DNA of 64,000 nucleotides, taken from the NCBI GenBank assembly GCA_965277805.1, contig OZ255842.1, positions 4,128,001 to 4,192,000 of the forward strand, given 5' to 3'. The notes under the pieces are model-generated. The model made no database searches and had not been told where the DNA came from. It saw only the letters and a program-made list of their open reading frames with translations. The position numbers were made by a program, and so were the translations under genes. Source of the stretch: Candidatus Lustribacter sp. (GTDB taxonomy: Bacteria > Vulcanimicrobiota > Vulcanimicrobiia > Vulcanimicrobiales > Vulcanimicrobiaceae). This document shows positions 45,194-52,778 of this stretch, one piece after another (within the stretch, counting starts at the first letter, position 1; the number at the start of each line of letters is the position of its first letter).

Positions 45194-47322
45194 GCCTCGG
45201 CCGTTATCAGCGCGAAAACGGCGACCGACCGCGCTGCGATCGTGTACGCATGATCGCTTTCCACGCGCACCTCTTGAGATTCGAGGGGTGCGTTCGTATC
45301 GGCGAGCCGCAGCCATGTGTCTCCGCCGGTCGTCACCGGCAGAATGAACGGCACGTCTTCGTGATAGGAGTTGAAGAGCAGCAACAGCGTGGCGTCTTGA
45401 CCGAGCCGGTGAATCCCGGTCGGCTGCGCGCGACCGTCGATCCGCATGCCGAACGTACGCGCGCCGTTCCACGCGTCGGGCGCGATCTCGGTGCCCGCCG
45501 GGTTGATCCACGTCACGTCCTTGACGTTCAGCGCTTCGTCATACGCGCCGGTCAAGAAGCGCGTGCGATGCAGGATGGGATATTGATCGCGGAGCCGGGT
45601 CAAGAGGGTCACGAAGGCCACGAGATCCTCGTGGACGTCGCGCAAGCTCCAGTCGACCCACGTGACCTCGTTGTCCTGGCAGTACGCGTTGTTATTGCCG
45701 TTCTGCGTGCGCCGGAATTCATCGCCGGCCAGCATCATCGGCGTCCCCTGGGATAACAGGAGCGTCGCCAGCATGTTGCGCACTTGGCGCGCGCGCAACG
45801 CCTCGATGTCCGGGTCGTCGGTCGGCCCCTCGACACCGCAATTCCACGAGCGGTTGTCGGAACTTCCGTCGCGATTGTCTTCCCCGTTTGCTTCGTTGTG
45901 TTTTTCGTTGTACGTGACGAGATCGTTCATGGTGAATCCGTCGTGCGCCGTGACGAAATTGACGCTCGACCACGGCCGGCGCCCATGATGATTGAAGATC
46001 TCTCCCGATGCGGTAATCGGCGACGTGATCGCCGTGGCCGGCGCTTCACCGCGCCAGTAGTCGCGCACGTTGTCGCGGAACCCGTCGTTCCACTCAGCCC
46101 ATCCCGGTGGAAAGCCGCCGACCTGATACCCGCCGGGTCCGATGTCCCACGGCTCCGCGATCAGCTTTACGTCGTTGAGCACCGGATCCTGAGCGCACGC
46201 GCGCAAGAACCCGCTGTCCGTATCGAATCCCCCCGGTTCACGCGCGAGAATCGTGCCGAGGTCGAAGCGAAAGCCGTCGACGCGCATCTCATTGACCCAA
46301 TAGCGCAGGCTATCGGTCACCATCTGAATCACGCGCCGGTTGGAGAGGTTGACGGTGTTTCCGGTGCCCGTGTCGTTGATGTAATAGCGCTTGTCTTCTT
46401 GCAAGCGGTAGTACGAGGCGTTGTCGATGCCTTTGAACGACAGCGTCGCCCCGCGTTCGTTGCCCTCGGCCGTGTGGTTGTAGACGACGTCGAGAATAAC
46501 TTCCAGTCCCGCCGCATGGAAGCGGGCGACCATTTCCTTGAATTCCTGCAGCACGCGAAACCGGTCGGCAGCGTAACGCGGATCCGGCGCGAAAAAACCG
46601 ATGCTGTTGTAGCCCCAATAATTCGTCAGGCCTTTTTCCAGCAGCTGACTGTCGTTCACGAAGGTGTGAACCGGGAGCAGTTCTACCGCAGTGACGCCGA
46701 GAGACTTGATGTAGGCGATAACTTCGGGGCTGCCGAGGCCTTCGTAGGTGCCGCGCAACGATTCCGCGACCCCGGGATGCCGTTTGGTATATCCGCGGAC
46801 GTGCATTTCGTAAATGATCGTGCGATCCCACGCCACGCGCGGCCGATCGCGTTGCCCGTGCCAATCGAAGCCCGGATCGACGACGACGCATTTGGGAACG
46901 TACGGCGCGCTGTCACGGGTATCGAAGCTCAGGTCCTCATCGGGATCGCCGACGGTATAGCCGAAGCAGGCGTCATTCCATTGCAATTCGCCGATGTGCG
47001 CCCGTGCGTACGGATCGAGCAGCAGCTTGTTTTTGTTGAACCGGTGTCCCGCGCTGGGATCGTAGGGACCATCGACGCGATAGCCATAAATCGTTCCGGG
47101 CCCGATGCCGGGGACGAAGCCGTGCCAAATTTCATTCGTGTATTCGGGCAACCGGATGCGTTCGCGCTCGATCTGACCGGAATCATCGAAGAGGCAAATT
47201 TCGACGCCGGTCGCGTTCGCCGAGAACAGCGCGAAATTTACGCCCTCGCCGGTCCATGTCGCGCCGATTGGATGAGGCAAACCCTCGCTTATTGCTAAAG
47301 GCGCGCTCGCAATGGTAGTCAC
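45190..47322 (-). CDS. glgX: Glycogen debranching enzyme
   Basis: GVNFALFS, KLLLDPYA, NYWGY, DVVYNHTAEG, DGFRFDL, AEPWD, AHDGFT; GTG start at 47322. Confidence 0.96.
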   Translation of the reverse strand: MTTIASAPLAISEGLPHPIGATWTGEGVNFALFSANATGVEICLFDDSGQIERERIRLPEYTNEIWHGFVPGIGPGTIYGYRVDGPYDPSAGHRFNKNKLLLDPYARAHIGELQWNDACFGYTVGDPDEDLSFDTRDSAPYVPKCVVVDPGFDWHGQRDRPRVAWDRTIIYEMHVRGYTKRHPGVAESLRGTYEGLGSPEVIAYIKSLGVTAVELLPVHTFVNDSQLLEKGLTNYWGYNSIGFFAPDPRYAADRFRVLQEFKEMVARFHAAGLEVILDVVYNHTAEGNERGATLSFKGIDNASYYRLQEDKRYYINDTGTGNTVNLSNRRVIQMVTDSLRYWVNEMRVDGFRFDLGTILAREPGGFDTDSGFLRACAQDPVLNDVKLIAEPWDIGPGGYQVGGFPPGWAEWNDGFRDNVRDYWRGEAPATAITSPITASGEIFNHHGRRPWSSVNFVTAHDGFTMNDLVTYNEKHNEANGEDNRDGSSDNRSWNCGVEGPTDDPDIEALRARQVRNMLATLLLSQGTPMMLAGDEFRRTQNGNNNAYCQDNEVTWVDWSLRDVHEDLVAFVTLLTRLRDQYPILHRTRFLTGAYDEALNVKDVTWINPAGTEIAPDAWNGARTFGMRIDGRAQPTGIHRLGQDATLLLLFNSYHEDVPFILPVTTGGDTWLRLADTNAPLESQEVRVESDHAYTIAARSVAVFALITAEA

Positions 47323-47450
47323 CCCACGTTCTTTCCGACGATGTGAGCGACCCAAACCCGTTCGAGCGTGCGGCTCGCACGGTGCGATAGCGCGCTAACC
47401 ATCGCACGTGAACGCGCCGAATTGGGCTTCTGAACGGGTACACGTTGAGG

Positions 47451-47585
47451 ATGAACACCGAAAGTAAGCCGTCTCCTCCGCCCGAACCCGCAAAGCCGAA
47501 GCCGGAGATTCCCGGCGGCCCGGCCGCCACTCCCCCGACCCCGGAAGGGCGCGAAGCCGTTCTCGAGGAGGGGGAAGAGGCGTAG
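47451..47585 (+). CDS. 44-aa Pro/Glu-rich microprotein (not in ORF track)
   Basis: MNTESKPSPPPEPAKPKPEIPGGPAATPPTPEGREAVLEEGEEA; fills the gap cleanly; GGGTA 10 nt upstream. Confidence 0.5.
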   Translation: MNTESKPSPPPEPAKPKPEIPGGPAATPPTPEGREAVLEEGEEA

Positions 47586-47591
47586 CGTGCG

Positions 47592-48554
47592 TTAGCGCCT
47601 TCCGCTGCCGTTACCGTTGGAGCGCGTTTTGCGTTTCGTCGCCGTCGCTGACGACGGCGGCGCCGCCGGAGCTTCGCCGGAGATTTGTTCCGCCGTCACG
47701 CGGCTGGTCGGGTTCATTTCACCTTCCGGTACCGGACCTTCGGCGCTAGCGCACGAGGGCTTCGGATCCGGCAACTCGGGCTCGTCGCCGCCCGCATGCG
47801 GCTGGCTGATTTCAAAGGCCCAGAGTCCTTGCGAATTGACGAGGTCGAAACCGGGCGTCGCTTCGCTATCATCACCGGACTCATTGAAGTAGGCGTGCGT
47901 GAAGCGCTCGTCGGGTGGAACGTTTGAAGACGGGAAGTTATTCGCGATCGACGCCAAGGCCGACTCGAACATCTTTTGGTGCGCGACTTCGCGCGTCATG
48001 AGAAACGTTAGCGCGTCCGCAGCGCCCGGATCGGGGCACAGCTTGATCAGCCGGTCGTAGACGACTTTTGCGCGCGCTTCGGCAGCGATGTCGGAACGCA
48101 GGTCGGCGAGCGGATGTCCGATGCTGTCGATGTACGCCGCAGTCCACGGCGCCCCCATCGAATCGGTAAGACGGAGGCCGGCACCACCGGTCAAGACCGG
48201 GACCTGCGAGTTCCACGCGATTTCTTCGTATTTTTCTTGTTTGCCCTCAAGCAAATCTCCGAGGTACGATCCCTCGACCTCATCGATGAGCGCTCCGGCG
48301 CCTTTGGCTCCCTTGAGAAACCCGGAGATGAGCTGCCCGATCATCTCGAGATGGGAGAGTTCCTCGGTGGCAATGTCGAGCAACATATCCCGGCGCGCGA
48401 CGTCGCTTTCACCCCAGCCTTGCGTGAAGTAGCGCATCGCCGCTCCGAGCTCGCCGTTGGGACCGCCGAACTGTTCGAGGCAAAGCTTCGCGAATGCGAC
48501 ATTCGGAGCGTCCACGTGGACGGTGTATTGCAGTTTCTTATTGTGGACGAACAT
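47592..48554 (-). CDS. Manganese catalase
   Basis: EQFGGPNGEL, DIATEELSHLE, DLRSDIAAEARA, REVAHQ; start MFVHNKKLQY at 48554. Confidence 0.93.
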   Translation of the reverse strand: MFVHNKKLQYTVHVDAPNVAFAKLCLEQFGGPNGELGAAMRYFTQGWGESDVARRDMLLDIATEELSHLEMIGQLISGFLKGAKGAGALIDEVEGSYLGDLLEGKQEKYEEIAWNSQVPVLTGGAGLRLTDSMGAPWTAAYIDSIGHPLADLRSDIAAEARAKVVYDRLIKLCPDPGAADALTFLMTREVAHQKMFESALASIANNFPSSNVPPDERFTHAYFNESGDDSEATPGFDLVNSQGLWAFEISQPHAGGDEPELPDPKPSCASAEGPVPEGEMNPTSRVTAEQISGEAPAAPPSSATATKRKTRSNGNGSGRR

Positions 48555-48603
48555 ATTGTTTCTAGAGATCTTCCTCACGGGAGTAGAGTGCGGGTATGCG
48601 CTT

Positions 48604-48628
48604 TGCCCGGAGCGTCAACGCACAAAAC
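48604..48628 (-). promoter_or_regulatory. SigB-type promoter GTTTT-N15-GGGCA
   Basis: Read directly, upstream of Mn catalase and downstream of a terminator. Confidence 0.6.
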
Positions 48629-48644
48629 AAATTCGATGAAACAC

Positions 48645-48677
48645 AAAAAAAGGCGGACGCCGTAGCCTCCGCCTTTT
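48645..48677 (-). terminator. Intrinsic terminator (possibly bidirectional) after the hemerythrin gene
   Basis: Minus strand AAAAGGCGGA-ggctacggcg-TCCGCCTTTTTTT. Confidence 0.8.
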
Positions 48678-48681
48678 CATC

Positions 48682-49269
48682 TCATCGCCGCGCCGTCGAT
48701 TTTCGTTTGACGGGCGCCGGCGTCGTGCGCTTCTTTCGATGGGCGCCGGATCCGGCTAATGCTCGCTCCTTGAAGCGCAGCATTTCGGCGCCGAGCGCTT
48801 GCAATTTGTCGCCGAGCACTTTGCGCGCCTCATCGAAGATCTCCGATTCCTCTTCCTTGACGTGGTGCTCGACCAGCTCTTTGAGAACGGTGACCTTCGC
48901 CTCCATCGTTTCGTCGCGCCCCTGAATGCGTTTGATCTTTGCAATTAGTTCCTTGACGCAAGCATGCTCTTCATGAGCCTCTAGGACGCTATCCTTTTCT
49001 TTTTGCTTCCCCGCCTTACGGAGGGCCGGATAGAAGAACTTCTCTTCCATGTTGGCATGCACGGTGAGCGCCACGCACACCTTGGCGATGGCAGCCCTTT
49101 TGGCAGCCGCTGAAGCAGAGTCATCGAGTGCCGCCTTGAAGAGCGCCGCCGCTTCTTCATGATCGCTATGAATGAGCTCGAGGGCATCCGGTGCTTGCGC
49201 CCCACCGTCGCCGTTCGCACTTCGCACTTGACGAACCAGATCGCTGACAAGATTCACGAGCAACCTCAT
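48682..49269 (-). CDS. Hemerythrin (HHE) domain protein
   Basis: DALELIHSDH, LTVHANMEEKFFYP, AHEEH, VEHHVKEEE; basic tail. Confidence 0.88.
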   Translation of the reverse strand: MRLLVNLVSDLVRQVRSANGDGGAQAPDALELIHSDHEEAAALFKAALDDSASAAAKRAAIAKVCVALTVHANMEEKFFYPALRKAGKQKEKDSVLEAHEEHACVKELIAKIKRIQGRDETMEAKVTVLKELVEHHVKEEESEIFDEARKVLGDKLQALGAEMLRFKERALAGSGAHRKKRTTPAPVKRKSTARR

Positions 49270-49290
49270 TTAAAATAGTTGCCCGGCAGG

Positions 49291-49315
49291 TACCCGACGC
49301 TAAATCGGCCTAAAC
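49291..49315 (-). promoter_or_regulatory. SigB-type promoter GTTTA-N15-GGGTA (best consensus copy)
   Basis: Read directly, upstream of the hemerythrin gene. Confidence 0.7.
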
Positions 49316-49510
49316 GCCTTCGCTTATTTGTGGCAAAGAACGCGATCTGCGCACCCGTTGCGGATACGGCGTGCGTTCCGTACGCGCGATGTCGATTACG
49401 GCGCTGAGGCATCGTGCACGGTCGCGGTCGCACGCGCACCGTTCGCACCCGGTCGTCCGGCCGTGCGCTTCGAAGCTGTGCCCACACGGGCAGATCATGA
49501 GAAAGTCCAT
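49310..49510 (-). CDS. Small Cys/His-rich putative metal-binding protein
   Basis: CPCGH...H....CERCAC pattern; co-oriented with neighbours; TACCGT 6 nt before the ATG. Confidence 0.5.
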   Translation of the reverse strand: MDFLMICPCGHSFEAHGRTTGCERCACDRDRARCLSAVIDIARTERTPYPQRVRRSRSLPQISEGV

Positions 49511-49566
49511 AGATCAACGGTAATCGTCCCTGCGATGCGTCGCAGTACGATACCGTGCACACGCGA

Positions 49567-49755
49567 CTACATCTTCAAGAGTTCGATATAATCGATATCT
49601 TCGGGTTTGTCGATCGACGTTTGCGAGCTGCCTGCGTCGACTTGATAGCCGGAATCCGCCGGTCGTAAGAATCCCTGGAAGATCGCTCCAGATTCAAGAT
49701 ACACGGCGACGCATTTGCCGACGAACGGCGAGATCTCGTCCGGTTTCATCGCCAT
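49567..49755 (-). CDS. 62-aa protein with Sm/LSm/Hfq-like beta motif
   Basis: FVGKCVAVYLESGAIFQGFL resembles the Sm1 motif; TAATG coupling to DUF4142. Confidence 0.55.
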   Translation of the reverse strand: MAMKPDEISPFVGKCVAVYLESGAIFQGFLRPADSGYQVDAGSSQTSIDKPEDIDYIELLKM

Positions 49756-50273
49756 TACATGCCGCCATGACGGGAGCCGTCGATCATCGCCAGATGGCTT
49801 TGGATCGTCGGCAAGGTGTTGCGCGCGAAGGCAACCAGGCGCCGGTCACTGCCGGTCGCTATTTCCTTTTGGAACAGCGCGATCGTCATTTCGTGAGCAG
49901 TCGCCTGACCCTTGAGATACGACGAGGCAAACGCAGCGCCGGCGAGCGACCGCTGTCTCGCCATCATGGCTTGATCGGCGGGCGCGGGCGTGGCCGGAAG
50001 CATGATGCCTTCGGCGAGCGCGATCGCTTCCAATTTTGCGTTGGCAAGCGAATGATCGGTGACCATGCGCTGCGCGATCGCGTGGACGTTCGCGTTCGTC
50101 GACTTTCGGAGTGCGAGTTTGCCGTCCGCCACTTCGGCCATTCCGCCTTGCGCGGCTTTCATTGCGAAGGTCGTGTCCGCCATCGACGGGGCCGCGACGG
50201 CCGGCGCGTACACTGCTACACCGAAGCACACGGCGGCGGCCGTGATCGTGCCGAGAAGTACTTTATTATTCAT
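49755..50273 (-). CDS. DUF4142 exported ferritin-like protein
   Basis: Signal peptide; AAQGGMAEV, AQRMVTDHS, TLPTIQSHL; start MNNKVLL at 50273. Confidence 0.88.
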   Translation of the reverse strand: MNNKVLLGTITAAAVCFGVAVYAPAVAAPSMADTTFAMKAAQGGMAEVADGKLALRKSTNANVHAIAQRMVTDHSLANAKLEAIALAEGIMLPATPAPADQAMMARQRSLAGAAFASSYLKGQATAHEMTIALFQKEIATGSDRRLVAFARNTLPTIQSHLAMIDGSRHGGM

Positions 50274-51009
50274 GCTGCCCGTGTTCCGCGGGAACTTCGT
50301 CGATAAACTTCGCTCCCGCGTGTGCGACGAGTTCGCGCAACGTTTTCGTCTCGAGCGCGTGCGCAAAGTCGAGCGGCCGATCGAACGTCGCGGCCGATTC
50401 CGCGAGGTCTGATTCCGGCGAACCTCCGCTGCGCAAGGCAATCGCGGGCACTCCCGCCGCGTGCGCCGCCTCGATATCATAGCGCGTATCGCCGAGCATT
50501 ACGGCGTTGACGAGCCGCGACCGCGCGGCAAGCAGTGCCGCGTGGACGATATCCGGAGCCGGCTTGGATTGCTCGGCGTCATTAGCCGTCGCTCGCGCAT
50601 CGATCAGATCGGCGACTTCGGCGATTTTAAGCAGCGCATCGACCTGATCGTTACTCGCGGAGGTCGCGATGACGCACCGTACGCTTTGGCGCTTCAGTGC
50701 AAGCAGCAAATCGCGCGCGCCGTCCGTCGGACGAATCGACGCGAGATAGCGCTCCTTGAAAATCTCGCCCTCGCGGCGCGCCGCGGTTTTGCCGGGCTCG
50801 CGCGTCGCCGCGAGAGCGGGGGAGAGCCGGGGAAGCAACTGATCGGCGCCCATCCCGATCAGGGACCGTACGCTGGCGAACGATCGGGCCACGCCGATTT
50901 CGGCAAGCGCCTCGACCCAGGCGTGCGCGTGCGCGTCGTTACTGTCGACCAGCGTCCCATCGACGTCGAGCAGAATAGTATCTATGACAGGGCGGTAGAC
51001 GCGCAGCAT
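50266..51009 (-). CDS. HAD-superfamily hydrolase (subfamily IA)
   Basis: LDVDGTLVDSN, ATSA, SKPAPD, LGDT..D. Confidence 0.9.
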   Translation of the reverse strand: MLRVYRPVIDTILLDVDGTLVDSNDAHAHAWVEALAEIGVARSFASVRSLIGMGADQLLPRLSPALAATREPGKTAARREGEIFKERYLASIRPTDGARDLLLALKRQSVRCVIATSASNDQVDALLKIAEVADLIDARATANDAEQSKPAPDIVHAALLAARSRLVNAVMLGDTRYDIEAAHAAGVPAIALRSGGSPESDLAESAATFDRPLDFAHALETKTLRELVAHAGAKFIDEVPAEHGQHE

Positions 51010-51022
51010 CGCGTGCCGCGTT

Positions 51023-51048
51023 TGCCCCGGAATATGAGCCCGCGAAAC
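51023..51048 (-). promoter_or_regulatory. SigB-type promoter GTTTC-N16-GGGCA
   Basis: Read directly, upstream of the HAD-DUF4142-Sm-like operon. Confidence 0.55.
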
Positions 51049-51073
51049 ATATTCGGCCGAAAGCAGATTTGAG

Positions 51074-51113
51074 TTAGCAAAATATTGACGACAGTGCTAG
51101 GCACCGTTAAAAT
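51074..51113 (+). promoter_or_regulatory. CIRCE-like operator overlapping a sigma70 promoter upstream of hsp20
   Basis: TTAGCAAAA-N9-CAGTGCTAG (51074-51100) against CIRCE TTAGCACTC-N9-GAGTGCTAA; TTGACG-N17-TAAAAT (51085-51113). Confidence 0.65.
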
Positions 51114-51328
51114 ATTGCCGTGAGCCGGCCCTATGGCCGCTCCGGAGGCAAGAATGACGACGCCATTCGCTGTGGATGCGCCGCATCTGCAGCCAACATA
51201 CGTCGCCCGTGCCCGCGCGGCGCGCGACGTCTCGATCAACGATTATTCGTGGGCCGCGAGCCCGCATATTTACCACAATTACGTCTTTTCGCAGACTTCA
51301 CCATGCCGGGAAGGAGCATCGATTTCCA

Positions 51329-51742
51329 ATGTCTGCAGAACTCTCGAACGACAACCGCAATACGAATAATTTCGCGTCCAACGGCGCAGCGGTAGCGTAT
51401 AGCCCGTTACGTGAAATGCTCGGCTACGATCCGTTTCGCCGATTTTTTTCAAATGTCGACCCGCAAATCGACGTCATCCGGACGGACGCCGGCTTCGAGG
51501 TGGAAATCCCGGTCCCCGGGTTCAAGAACGAGCAGATCGAGCTCGTCGTCAAAGAAAACGTGCTCACCTTAACTGCAAAGAGCGACCGGCGCGCGTTCAC
51601 GCGCTCGCTCAAATTGCCCGATGACGTCGACGCCCAGAATATCGAAGCGAGCGTTGACAACGGACTGCTCACGCTCGTGCTCAAGCGGCACCCCGACGCG
51701 CAGCCGCGGCGCATCGAGATTAAGGCCCGCGGCCAATCGTAA
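51329..51742 (+). CDS. Small heat shock protein (Hsp20/alpha-crystallin)
   Basis: IPVPGF, LTLTA, FTRSLKLP, ASVDNGLLTL, RRIEI; AAGGAG upstream of ATG 51329. Confidence 0.92.
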   Translation: MSAELSNDNRNTNNFASNGAAVAYSPLREMLGYDPFRRFFSNVDPQIDVIRTDAGFEVEIPVPGFKNEQIELVVKENVLTLTAKSDRRAFTRSLKLPDDVDAQNIEASVDNGLLTLVLKRHPDAQPRRIEIKARGQS

Positions 51743-52775
51743 ATCGCACGCGAGAAATTTTCGCGTCAGCCGCGCCGTAGTACACATCGATTGCATCCGG
51801 GGCGACCTCGTCGATACCGGTCGGAAAGACGACGTCGTTGACCGTTCCAAACCGTTCCGCTAGGGTTTCGGGGACGAGTACCGGCACGGGCGAGCGGTAC
51901 ACGATGCGATGCGGGATGTGGATGTCGTTGATGAGGATGCCGGCGCTGTACAGAAGCGAAGGGCCGGCCGGGCCGTCGACGGCATCCACGCCGTGAAACA
52001 CCGAGAGCCATCCGAGCCTCGTGCGAATCGGCGGGGTGCCGGCCCCGTTTTTGAGCCGGCCCCATTCCGTGCCGGGCTCCAACACGCGGACGCTTTCAGC
52101 CGGCCGGCACAACATCGTCAAGTCGCGTTTCACCGCCTCGACCGGGATGTAGGCGAGGCAGGCCGCTTCGCGCTCTTCCGGCGGCAGCGACAAGATGACC
52201 GGGATCGGCGTCTGTCCGTTGATCGTTTCAGGCCGCATCGGCCGGTGAAAGAATGCGAATGATGGAACGCCGGCAGGTGAACGTACCGGATCCGGAAAGA
52301 AGGCCGCGTCTTTGTTGTCGACGTCGTTGAGCGCGTCGCCCGGAAACCGCACTAGGCCGAGCCTCGTCCAGTCATACGCATCGGCCGAAATCGCGAGCGC
52401 GATGCGTGCGCCGCGTGGGCCGAATGCGGTATAGGCCATGACGTAATGGCCGATGTCGGGCACAAAGGTCACGCGCGCGTCTTCGCAACCGTGACCGGCG
52501 GGCACCGAACGTTGCTCGTACTCCGCTTCGGGTTCGAGCACGATTCCGAGGCGCTCGATTCTTCCGCCGCCATCCATCCGAGCCAACCCGATACGTGAGA
52601 CGTTGCCTTTGGCAACCATGCGCGGAAAAAGCAGCAGATTGCCCGAGCGGTCGCGCGCCGTTCCCGGATTGAGCACGCCCTCGAGTTCGAGCGGAGAGCC
52701 GTCCGGCGACATCACGACCCCGAGACGCTCACTCGACAGCGCTAACGTTCCCGCCAAGACTTCGGGAGAGAGCAC
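51720..52775 (-). CDS. GH130-family (DUF377) mannoside phosphorylase/glycosidase
   Basis: GVLNPG, GCEDARV, YTA, NKD, HRP, GAGTPP, VVFPTG, YYGAAD. Confidence 0.85.
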   Translation of the reverse strand: MLSPEVLAGTLALSSERLGVVMSPDGSPLELEGVLNPGTARDRSGNLLLFPRMVAKGNVSRIGLARMDGGGRIERLGIVLEPEAEYEQRSVPAGHGCEDARVTFVPDIGHYVMAYTAFGPRGARIALAISADAYDWTRLGLVRFPGDALNDVDNKDAAFFPDPVRSPAGVPSFAFFHRPMRPETINGQTPIPVILSLPPEEREAACLAYIPVEAVKRDLTMLCRPAESVRVLEPGTEWGRLKNGAGTPPIRTRLGWLSVFHGVDAVDGPAGPSLLYSAGILINDIHIPHRIVYRSPVPVLVPETLAERFGTVNDVVFPTGIDEVAPDAIDVYYGAADAKISRVRFTIGRGP

Positions 52776-52778
52776 CTA

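Noticed and set aside
47323-47410. SigB-type promoter for the glg operon, and short hairpins upstream of glgX
   Set aside because: The best match (GTGCG-N16-GGGTT) is too degenerate, and short GC-rich inverted repeats are expected by chance.
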